Assembly: GCF_011386835.1 (NCBI RefSeq)
Contig: NC_088797.1
Coordinates: forward strand, 30,318,001-30,382,000
DNA: 64,000 nt
DNA from: Chrysemys picta bellii
Taxonomy: Eukaryota
Direction of reading: 5' to 3'
Positions within the stretch are counted from its first letter, which is position 1. Each line of letters opens with the position of its first letter. This document shows, in pieces, positions 13,601 through 24,100 of the stretch. The translations under genes and the position numbers were made by a program. The notes beneath the pieces are model-generated. The model did not search any database. It was not told the origin of the DNA and saw only the letters and a list, made by a program, of their open reading frames with translations.

Positions 13601-16240
13601 GATCATTACCTGTTAGGTTCACTCCCTCTGGGGCACCTGGCATTGGCCACTGTCGGTAGGATACTGGGCTGGATGGACCTTTGGTCTGACCCAGTATGGC
13701 CATTCTTATGTTCTTATGTAAAATAACATAAAAATATACAGATTGCGTGGGGGTTGTTTGTCTGTTTTGTAAAACGGTTCTCTAATGCATTCTAGTAATA
13801 CCTATAATGGGCACTAGGACCCTTTTTCTTAACGGGGGGCGTGGCTAGTGGCCGGGCTCTGGTGGTGGTGTGACCAGTGGACCGCATTTTGTTGTTGGTT
13901 GATGGGGTGACAGCCAGGGGCTGTGATTTGTTAGGTGGCAGGGTGGCCAGAGGCTGGGTTTTCTGCACCTTGGAGGTGGCCACCCTACTCAGGAGGGGAA
14001 CTGTGCCACACAACTCTGGGGAAAGGACCCTCCCCCCACCTCCGGGAAGGGAATCCCTGGAACACACGGGGTGGGGGCAGAGAGTGTTGGGGGAGGAAAC
14101 AGACTGGGGAGCCCCCTGGGACAGGAGCCCCAAACCAAGCTGGCCCCATAAATGGGAGAGATCTAGTGCTGGGAAGCAGAGCCAGGCTCCCGGTCCCACT
14201 ATCTGACCCCTCCTCTGCAGCACCCCTGCTCTGCACAGAGCCCGGAGAGTGGGTGCAGGGGTATGTGGGGGGACTGCTGGGGGAGCACAGGAGGCTGGGA
14301 GACCAAGGAGGACAGTGGAAGCCACTGTAGCTGCTGGACATGAGGGGCTGGAGCGGGGGAACCACTGACGACCCTGGAGCTGCTGGGTACATGGGCCCTG
14401 GCTCTGTGGGGACAGGGGGACAGGGACTCAGAGGGCACTCACCAGGAAGATATCCTCCACCTTGCCGATGGCCTGGCGCAGCGAGAAGCCCAAGTGGTCG
14501 CCCACCCCAGCCAGCAGCATCCCGAAGAGCGGGATCCCAACTAGAGCGTAGAAGATGCAGAAGAGACGCCCCCCCTCTGTCTTGGGGGATGTGTTACCGA
14601 ACCCTGGCGGGGGGGAGAGCATGGAGTCAGCAGGGAGGGGGCAGAATTGATGCCCCTTAATCCTGAACTGCAGCTCCCTGCTATCGCAGCCCTGAGCAAC
14701 CCCCCACCTCTGCCCTCAATCCCTACCCGCAGCACACACACATCCCACGGGCCAGTACCGATGGTGGTGATGATGGTGCCAGCGAAGAAGAAGGCGCTGC
14801 CCATGTCCCAGTTGGTGCTGGTGCCATTGGTGCTGTTGGCTGTGGGGTCAGCACCGGCACCCATGGTGTCTCTGACATGCTGGGGGAGACGGGAAGGGGT
14901 TAATACTAGTGGTTTTGGGTTCCCCCCCATCATGCAGCTCCTGCTGTCCCCGCCCCACATCCTTACCCCCGAACTTGACTTTCCCAGTACACATTTGCCA
15001 ACCCTTTCCTGACTGCCCCATGGCTGTTGTCCCCAGACACCTGACTGCCCCCCACCCCACTTTCCCCTTCCTCTCCCCATCTCCCCCTGGAAACCCTCCA
15101 TCAGCCTCACCCCACCCCATTACCCCCCAAATCACCCCAACCTGCATCTCCTTCTGCCCCACCCCAATGACACCTGACCCCCCCCCACCCTTCCCATGCC
15201 TCCAGCACTGTCCTTCCCCATCTACCCCTTATAACCATCCCCTCCTGCCCCCCCATTGACAACTCTGATTTCGGCCAATCTCAGGAGTCCAGCCTGGCCC
15301 AAGGGTGGGGGTGAAAAGCCCCTGTGATTGGCTGCCCTTCTCCCACTTTCTCCACCTCCTGGGAAGGACAGCCAATCAGGGATGCTGCAGGAGGCAGGTG
15401 ATGCTCTCCCCCCCCACAAGAGATATCAGCTAGAGAAGTGGGAGTGGGGGGAGAGAAGGAGCAGGGGACAGGAGGGAAGTGGGGAGGAAAGGAGAAAGAG
15501 CCCAGCAGCTTAGGGCAGCCCTGCTCCCCCCTCCAGCCCTGCCCCTCCCAGACTGGGGGAGGGTGACAAGCCCCATGGAGCTGCAAGAGGAGGGGGGCAG
15601 ATGTAGGAGGCCAGGGAGGGGATTAATTTCTGGACTGGGGGGGGGACAGAATTAATTCATTAGGATTTTAGGAAAAGCTGGAGGCTCTGCACGATCCCTG
15701 AGTCAGCGAGAGCCTCTTTCTCTTTAGGAACTGGCAGCGCTGTAACTGAGGGGACTTTCAGTGGTGGCCATAGCACTTCCCATCACCCCCACCAATGCCT
15801 GCTCCCCCCTCCCCCATGCCCCACTGCTGCTCCCCTCTTTCCCCCATCCACCACACCCCGTCCCCATTCACGCCTCACACCTGCCCCCTCCATGCCCCTC
15901 TCCCATCATCTCACCAGGATGAGTGTGTCCAGCTCCTGGCTGGGCACGCAGCGGTATCTCTGCAGAAACTGCTCACGGGCGACCTGCAGTGCCTCCTGCT
16001 GGCGGCTCTCATGCGGCTGCTCCAGCAGGCGGAAGACGAAGGCGCCGCTCACCAGGTAGACCAGCACCACGGTCAGCAGGGCCAGCACCGTAGCCCGTCG
16101 CATCACGCTGCCCTGCCCACTACGGGGTGTCTGCCCCACCCCCGCCCCACTCAGGATTGACTCCTTAGACGAGTAGCAGACAGGCAGTGCCCCATGGTTC
16201 TCGGCAGGGTGGGGGGCTGTGGAGGTCAGGGGGGAGCTCA
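7687..16240 (-). CDS. KCNK4: Two-pore-domain K+ channel TRAAK (K2P4.1)
   Basis: Phase-consistent exons 16240-15915, 14879-14759, 14603-14443, 12586-12400, 9619-9480, 8157-7687. Pore signatures TTIGFG (split across two exons) and TTIGFGDY; C-terminal [15 protein letters not shown] is KCNK4-specific. The ATG matching the human start (MRRATVL) is at 16103 (422 aa); 468 aa if read from the exon-2 acceptor. Confidence 0.97.
8560..9440. repeat. G/A-rich degenerate tandem repeat in the last KCNK4 intron
   Basis: Recurrent GGGGGATGCAAA/GGGTCTGTGGG motifs; explains the Pro/His-rich tail of ORF 8772-9818. Confidence 0.65.
9804..12230 (-). mobile_element. CR1 LINE, 5'-truncated, decayed ORF2 (RT domain)
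   Basis: ORF fragments [22 protein letters not shown] and [14 protein letters not shown]; 3' end GGCCATTCTTATG at 9804-9816; AT-rich island. Confidence 0.95.
12930..13718 (+). mobile_element. CR1 LINE 3' fragment
   Basis: ORF 13254-13523 (MIEVYKIM...RTRGHQMKL...[11 protein letters not shown]); ends in the ATTCTTATGTTCTTATGT tail. Confidence 0.95.
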
Positions 16241-16269
16241 CTGCAGGGAGAAGATGGGGGTGAGTGTGG

Positions 16270-17340
16270 GGGAAGGCCACCCCAATACCACCCATACCCC
16301 AATAATCTCCAGTGCAGATATCCCCATTGCACCCTAATACCACCCACACCCCATCCCAATACACCCATAACCCAATAGCCCCCACTGCAGAGTCCCCCAT
16401 TACATCCAAATACCATCCACAGCCCCCCACCCTGATATGCCCCACCCATACCCCCACTGCATAGAGACCCCATTACACCCTAATACTACCCATAGCCCCC
16501 CACCCAATACACCCCACCCATAACCCAATAGCCCCCACTGCAGAGAGACCCCATTATACCCCAATACCACCCATAGCCCCCCCACTGCAATAAACCTCAC
16601 ATATACCCCAATAGCCCTCACTGCAGAGAGACCCCCCAATATACCCATAGCCCCCTATTCTGATACACCCTACCCATACCCCCATCCAATACGCCCCACC
16701 CATAATCCACTCACCCTCACTGCAGAGACAGCCCATTACATCCCAATACCGTCCATAGCCCTCGACCCTGATACGCCCCACCCATACCCCAATACCTCCA
16801 CTGCAGAGACCCCATTACACTCCTGATATCTCTATATACCCCATTCATACCCCCAATAACTCCCACTGCATAGAGACCCCCATTACACCTGATACCCAGA
16901 TGGTCTCCCTCTGATATCCCCCACCCATACCCTAATCGCCACTGCATATAGACCCCCAGAGGTCCCACTCCAATACGCTCCACCCATACCCCCATAACTC
17001 CTACTGCTTAGAGATCCTCATAGTCCCTACCCTGATACACCCCATCCATACCTCCAATAACCCCACTATGTAGAGACCCTCCAGTATACCCAATACTGCT
17101 CATAGCTTTCACCCTGATATGCCCCCTTTGCCCCCTCCAATAAACCCCCTTCTTAGAGAACCCCAACCCAATATGCCACACCCAGTAGCCCATAGTGCTC
17201 TGGGGCAGTGGCTCACTGGGGTGGGGGATGGGAGGAGTGTGGACAGATGTCTACCCCGCATAGTCCCTACTGCATAGAGACACCCATTACACCCACATAT
17301 CCCCAATATCCCCTATACTCCCACCCCAGTATCCCATGCA
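16270..17340. repeat. Degenerate minisatellite upstream of KCNK4 exon 2
   Basis: Recurrent CCCACTGCA(G/T)AGAGACCCCATTACACC...ATACC units. Confidence 0.85.
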
Positions 17341-18580
17341 TAGGGGGCTCTCTGTGGGGAGGGGACACAGGCAGAGTCCAGAGAAAAACACCCTCCTTCT
17401 GCCAATTCCCCATATCTCCCACTGCACAGACATCCCTCTATGCCACCTCCCACCCCCAGTGCCATGTGGTGTTCCAGGGGGTGGCTGGGGGTAGCTCACT
17501 GCAGGGGGAGACCACTCCCACAGCACCACACCCATCTTCCACCAACAACCCCCCCTACACAAAGACCCTCCATCCTCCACCTCCAAATGCCCATGGTGCT
17601 TGGCAGGGCAAGGTGAGAAGAGACACCCCTTTTTCCCACCCCCATAACATAGAGAAATCCCCGTTCCCCCCAATACCTATGCTACTCCGGGAGATGGGGT
17701 ACCTCACTGCAGGGGGAGGGGTGGGGGAATATACCCCATCCTTCCCCCCATTCCCAACCTGATACCCTCCCATCCCCCATCCCCTCTGCCGCCCCATCCA
17801 CCCCCGCTCTGCCTCAGCCCCCAGGGTCCCCATGGGAGGGGGGTAGGTTGCTCATTGCAAGGGGATGACAGGGAGTGGGAGCATCACGCGAGACCCCCCT
17901 GCCCCCCCCCAATACCTTATGGTGCTCGGCGGGAGGGCAGCGAGAAGGCGGGTTGGGAAGCTGCACTGACATCCCGGCCCTGCCCCCCTCCCCTTGGGAT
18001 CCCCCCAGCGCCGCTCGGAGCCGGAACCTCAGCCCAGTGGGTCCCCCCCTCACAGAACACCCCCCCTCAGCCGACCCCGCTCCCCCACGGACAGACGGGG
18101 TGAGCCAAGGAGCTCCGGGGGGAGGGGGGCTCCGCCACCTCGCTGCCTCCCCCGGCCGGCCCCAGCTGGGCAGCAGCGCGCAGTGCGCACCCGGCGGGGC
18201 GGCCAGGGGCTGCGGTGGATGGAGCGGGGGGGCAATGAGACGGCGCCGGGGCTGCTGCCAGGAGATGCTGTAGCTGGAGGAGCCGAGCTTAAAGGGGCAG
18301 GAGCAGCCGGGTGTGTGCTCAGCTGCCCATGGAGGTGGGGGGAAGGGCACCGGGGGGGAACCCCCATCCCGGACCACGGCCCCACAGGGGGCGGTTGTTA
18401 ACGCCGGTGGGTCGGGTGGAGGGGTTAACCCCAATCCGAGGGATCCCAGATGGGGAGGGTCTTGGGGGAGTTAACCCCAGTCCCGGGGGCCCCATACATA
18501 GGGGATACACTGTACAGCCCCCTTGCAGAGGGCGCGGGGGTCTCCCTCCCCCGCCCCGGGGGAAAGGCTGCCCCACTCAC

Positions 18581-18720
18581 CTGGGTGCCATGCAGAGCCA
18601 GACCCTACAGTAGCTGGGCTCCAGGGAGCGACGGAGGGGGGCTGAGTCTCCCGGCCCCTCCCAGTCGGGTGCGTGGGGGGGATCTGCCTGGTGCACAGCT
18701 GGCTCTGTGCCAGCCCTCCC
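18581..18720 (-). other. Candidate alternative (non-coding) first exon of KCNK4
   Basis: Strong donor CCCAG|GTGAGT at 18580 in a CpG-rich region. It is phase 1 to exon 2 but has no in-frame ATG. The 5' end is unknown. Confidence 0.45.
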
Positions 18721-18988
18721 CCACCCAACCTGTCAGCCGGAGCCCAATTAACGGGAGCCTTTCAATTAGCTCTGCCCCGCCAGACTCTGGTGCCGCCACC
18801 GCAGGTTTGGCACTGCACAGGGGCCGCCAGCCAGCGTCCGTGCCCGGCCTGCCAGCCCGGCCTCTCCCAGCAGAGGGCTGCAGGGAGCGGAGCAGGAGCG
18901 CCAGCTACAGGGGGAGCTCCCAGCTACGCCAGTCCTGGCCTCTGCCAGTAGGGGGCGTTGTACACGGCCCTCTGTCGCCCCCTGTGGT

Positions 18989-19019
<31 letters not shown>

Positions 19020-19079
19020 TGTCTCATACACAGGGTGAGGTTTGTTCTCTCCAGCATGGGGTGATAGACATACATGGTG

Positions 19080-19780
19080 CCTCTCTTACACCCCCCGTGT
19101 CACACATATCTCACACACATCCCTGTGTCTGTCTCATGCACAAACTATCTCACACACCCTATCACACACTGTAGCTTACACACTGTAACACCCCATCTCA
19201 CACACATCCCCGTGTCTGTCGCTTGTACTTGGACTGTCTCACACAGCATCACACATTGTATCTCACACACACACTGTCCCACCCCATCTCCATGTCTGTC
19301 TCCCGTACCTGGACTCTTTCACACACCACACTGTATCTCACACACAGTTTCACCCCATCTCACATGGATCCCTATGTCTATGTCTCATACACAAACTGTC
19401 TCACACACCCTGTCACACACTGTAGCTCACACACTGTCCCACCTCATGTCACATGCATCCCCGTGTCTGTCTTTCATACTTGGACTTTCTCACACGTTGT
19501 ATCACACACACACTGTTCCACCGCATCTCACACACATCCCCGTGTCTGTCTCCCGTATATGGACTCTCTCACACATTACATATTGTATCACACACACACT
19601 CTTACACCCTATCTCACACGCATCCCCATGTCTGTGTCTCATACACAAACTGTCTCACACACCCTGTCACACACTGTAGCTCACACAGTCACACCCCATC
19701 TCACACACATCCCCGGCTGTCTGACATGTCACACACTATCTCACACACACAAACACACACGTCTCTCACACATTTGACAC
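19080..19780. repeat. CA-rich minisatellite
   Basis: Recurrent CACACATCCCCGTGTCTGTCTC / CAAACTGTCTCACACACCC units; source of His/Thr-rich spurious ORFs. Confidence 0.85.
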
Positions 19781-19942
19781 ACTCCAGATAAAGCCACTGC
19801 CGCTCAGCCCAGTTGGTCCCCCAGCCCTCATCACCCTGCTCAGTGTGGGCAGTGGGGCACAGGGTTCCGGGGGAAGGGATGGATGGATGGAGTGGTACCC
19901 GCCCCAGCATCCCCCCTCCCCCTGTATCCCTCACTCACTCAC

Positions 19943-20100
19943 TAGCAGCAGCAGCAGCAACGGCTCCTCCCTGCACTGGGATCTGGCAGACAGGTGCAGC
20001 CTCCTCCCTCACTCCTCTCCCCCCCCAGGAGGGGACAGCTGCTGGCCTGCCTCCCCCCCCCCGTTGGCCCCCAGCTGCCAGGAGCCTCCCCATCTCCGCC
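19943..20100 (-). other. Candidate alternative first exon of KCNK4 supplying the A of a split ATG
   Basis: (GCT)n-A|GTGAGT donor at 19942; exon 2 starts TG, so the junction reads gctATG. Confidence 0.4.
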
Positions 20101-20670
20101 CAGCCACAGCCAGAGGGAGCCGGAGCCTCAGGCTGCAGGAGCTGCAGATTGGGGGGGGGGCTGTTAACCCTTTTGGGGGGGACAGCATGGAGGGGGACAG
20201 TGCACGGAGAGGGGACAGGCTGGTACCAGCACAGGGTACCCAGGGGGACAGAGGTGGGGACACAACCCTTTGCCATGGGATTCTGGGATGATTTTTTAGG
20301 ATAGAGGTGTTGCTGGGGATTCCCTGGGATGGTGCAACCCCCAAAGCCCCCCAACACTGCTCCCTCCCTGGCCCCAGAGGAGGGAGCAGGACTCCTAGGT
20401 TCAATTCTTAGCTGCTCCGCGTCCCCTCTCTGTGCCCGTTTCCCCCCCTGCAGAATGGGGTGGGGACACTACTGTCCCTCTGCCTGCAGATGCCTGGGTT
20501 CTGTGTGTGTGTGGGGGGGGGCTGTTGTAACACTCTCTCACCCAGAAGTGCTGGAGACCTGCACAGGAGGGGGGTGTCTCCAGCCCAGACTAGCTTGGGA
20601 GCAATGCAACTGCCAGACCCCAACGTTGGAAAGAAGCAAGTAGGAGCTGCCTGAAGCTGAGGCAAGGAAC

Positions 20671-20676
20671 TTTATT
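20671..20676 (-). terminator. Poly(A) signal of the CENPF-like gene
   Basis: AATAAA on the minus strand ~430 nt after the TGA at 21110. Confidence 0.75.
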
Positions 20677-21109
20677 GGGGCCGGGGGAGACAGAGTTACA
20701 TATAAACCCAGAGCTGGGGCGGGGGAGGGGGGAAGACTCCCTGTGCTGCACCCCCTCTCTCTGAGGAATTTCTGCTGAGCCGCTCTCGGGGGTGGGGGGA
20801 TGACTCAACATAGCAGCTCCTCCAAACTTTGGGTGGGTGGACACAACCCGCCCTTTGATTCCCTGAGCCATGAAGAGAGGGCTTAACTCCCTTCAAGCTG
20901 TGTGTGTGTCGCTGGGGAGCTCCAGGCAATATCAGGGATCTTTGTAGCCGGAGGGGACACATTTCTGCCATCCAGGCTGGAAAGAGAATGGAAAAGAATG
21001 TGAAACACAGAAATCATCATCTTGCTGCCCCAATGCAAAGATGCAGCTGCCTCTGGGGTGGAGCTCAGGGATGCATATAGGGGTTGCTCACCCAGCAGTG
21101 TAGATGCTC

Positions 21110-24100
21110 TCAGACGCTGGTGCCCATAGCAGGTTCAGCGGGATCCTCCTCCGGCTCAGCTTTGGGTGCCAGCTGGGCCAAGGGGGTGCTGCCCAGGAGC
21201 CCCCTCCGAAGGACATAGGGGCAGGAGGGGCCGGAGGGGATGTCGGCAAAACCTGTGAGTGGGGCACAGAGTGAGATTGGGGTTAACGTGTGGGGGCTGA
21301 GCTCTGCTAGGGGTGAGCCCCCATCCCAGACACCTTTGGGTCCCAATCTCTCACTCCCTGGGGGCTGGGAGCACTGCTAGGGGTCCCCCCTCCACTCTCA
21401 CTCCAGTGCCCTGCTGGGGGGAAGGGCAGCTGCCTGGGGAGGGATCAGAGCCAGAATCAGTACTGCACCCCTGCCCCGCCTTGCAGAGCTCAGAGCTGCT
21501 GAGCCAGATGGAAAATCAACTGGGCGGAGGTGGGAGGGGGGGAGAATTCCTAGCTGAGCCTGGGCACAGGGCCACTGGCTGCAGGTGGCGGGGGGTGTAC
21601 TGGACTCTCATGGAGGCACAATCTGGGATGCCTCCCCCTACTCCCCTCACACTAACCCTCCCAAATTGGGGCTTCCCCTGCCCTGTACCCCTCTGCTCTG
21701 TATCTCCCCCAGAATCCCCTCCACTTCATACCCTCCTCAGTCTGCCACTCCCCTGCCCCATACCTCCTCCCTGAACCCCTCTGCTCCATAACCTGCCCCA
21801 GGCTGCCCCTCAAATGCTGCCCATCCCATAACTCCCTGAACTGCCCCCCACACCTCAGCACCCCCAGACATGGGCAGTGCCTGCACCATGTGCCTGATCC
21901 AGCTGCCCACCACGCACCTTTCATGACGACCTCAGGCAGCCCATAGGGCTCATACTGAGTGTGGTCGAAGGCCGCCGAGATGAGCTCCCTGTGGCGCCTG
22001 CCCCGCGCCGGCCCCTCCGTCTGGGTCTGGGCATCCCGCACCACCGGCCAGGCAGTCTGGAGAACTGAGAAAGAGAGACGGGGACATAAGTTAGGGGTCT
22101 GCTACCATGACGCTCCAATGCCTGGGCCTCCAGCCATGACCCCCCTTTCTCCAATGACCCTCCCCAAATACCCGGGACTCTCTCCCCACATGATTCCCAT
22201 AACTGCCCAGACCCCTCCCCCCGACCAGCAGGCAGGTGCCACCCCTCCTCCCGAAAGGCAGTGCACCCCATTGATGCCCAGCCCCCTTCCCTTGCAGAGT
22301 CAAGGGCAAAAGCCCTGATCTCACCCCCTCCCCAATTGAGCCAAAGCTCCATGTCCCCCCCTCTTACCATAAGCAAGGTCTCCCTGGCCTCTATCCCCTA
22401 GGGGCGCTGGACGGGGGGTGGCTGAGGTCCCCTGGTGTTGTCCGTCTCCAGTGGCAGGTGTGGTACATTCCTCTCGAGCGTGGGATTGCCACAGTGCCAG
22501 CTCAGCCCGCAGGGCCCGGTTCTCCTGCAACAGACGGGACAGCACCTCCTCCAGCTGGGAAGAGACGGGGGTGCGGAAAGAGAAAGGAGACAGATCCTGT
22601 TACCCCAATGAGAGCAGGGTTCAGCCCCCAAGAACCCCAACCTGACCCTGGGGCAAAGGGGTGAGGGGGGCGCCACCGAGACCAGTTTGGTCCAAGATGG
22701 AGGACACTGATGACAGATGGCTCATGGGGAAGGTGGAGGGGGTGGGGTGGGCTGTGGCATATAAAGAGTAAGGGTGTTTTGGAAGGCGGGGGGGATAGCT
22801 ACGTGGGGGTGTGTGGGAACCCAAGTTTTGGGGGAATGGGGCAGGGGAACCCTGGGTTTGGCAGGGGAGCCCCCAGTCAGGCATTGGAGCCCTGGGACAC
22901 GAGTTGGGAGGTATGGGCAAGGAAGCCCCGGGTCAGGCAGGTCAGTCGAGGGTGCATGGGGTGGAGGGAATTGGGGAAACTGCCCTCCCCCAAGCTCACT
23001 CACCTGCTCCTGCAATCCAGCCTGGCCTGCCGGCTTCTGTAGCTCCCACAGGATATTCTGCAGCGGTGCCTGCTCACTGTGCCAGGCCTGCTTCCCCGCC
23101 GGCTCCCACATCCTGCTAACCACAGCCAACTCCAGGGGAATGGGCAGCTCCACAGGAGTGGGGGAGGCCAAACTTGGGGGGCCAGACTCTGGGGCTATGG
23201 GAGGCAGCTCAGAGGGGGTGGTGGTGAGTGCCTCTGGGACTGTGGGAGGTGGCTCAGTGGGGCTGGGCTCTGGGACTGTGGAGGGCGGCTCAGGGGGAGC
23301 GGGCTCTGGGACTGTGGGGGGCGGCTCAGCGGGCGGCTCTGGGACTGTGGGGGGCGGCTCAGCAAGGCTGGGCTCTGGGACTGTGGGGGGTGGCTCAGCG
23401 GGGCCGGGCTCTGGGACTGTGGGGGGCGGCTCAGCGGAGGGCTCTGGGACTGTGGGGGGCGGCTCAGCAAGGCTGGGCTCTGGGACTGTGGGGGGCGGCT
23501 CAGCGGAGGGCTCTGGGACTGTGGGGGGTGGCTCAGCGGGGCCGGGCTCTGGGACTGTGGGGGGCGGCTCAGCGGGGGGCTCTGGGACTGTGGGGGGCGG
23601 CTCAGCAGAGCCGGGCTCTGGGACTGTGGGGGGTGGCTCAGGCAGGCCGGGCTCTGGGACTGTGGGGGGCGGCTCAGCGGGGCCGGGCTCTGGGACTGTG
23701 GGGGGTGGCTCAGCGGGGCCGGGCTCTGGGACTGTGCGGGGAGGCTCAGGGGGACCGGTGGAAGGCGTCTCCCCACCCAGCAGCACCAGCAGCCGCCCCA
23801 CCTCAGCCTCCAGCAGCTCGCGGACCCGTCCCGCCTCCCGCAGCGCCTGGCCCAGGCGCTCCAGCTCTTGCTCCCGCTCATGCCCCTCGGTCAGCAGCTC
23901 TGCCACATGCTGGCTCTGGGCCTCACAGGCTAGTGCCAGCCGCTCCGTCTGCAACCCCAGCATCTCCTGGAGCCGCCGCAGCCGCTCCTGGGCCTGGGCC
24001 GCCTGGGCCTCTGCCTCAGCCTTGCCCAGGGCCAGGGCCTTCAACTTCCCCCGCAGCACCTGCAGCTCCCCCACCTCCTGAGCATCCCCCCCAGGCAGGC

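Noticed and set aside
23229-23752. Regular direct repeats resembling a CRISPR array
   Set aside because: Head-to-tail units with no unique spacers, inside a vertebrate coding exon.
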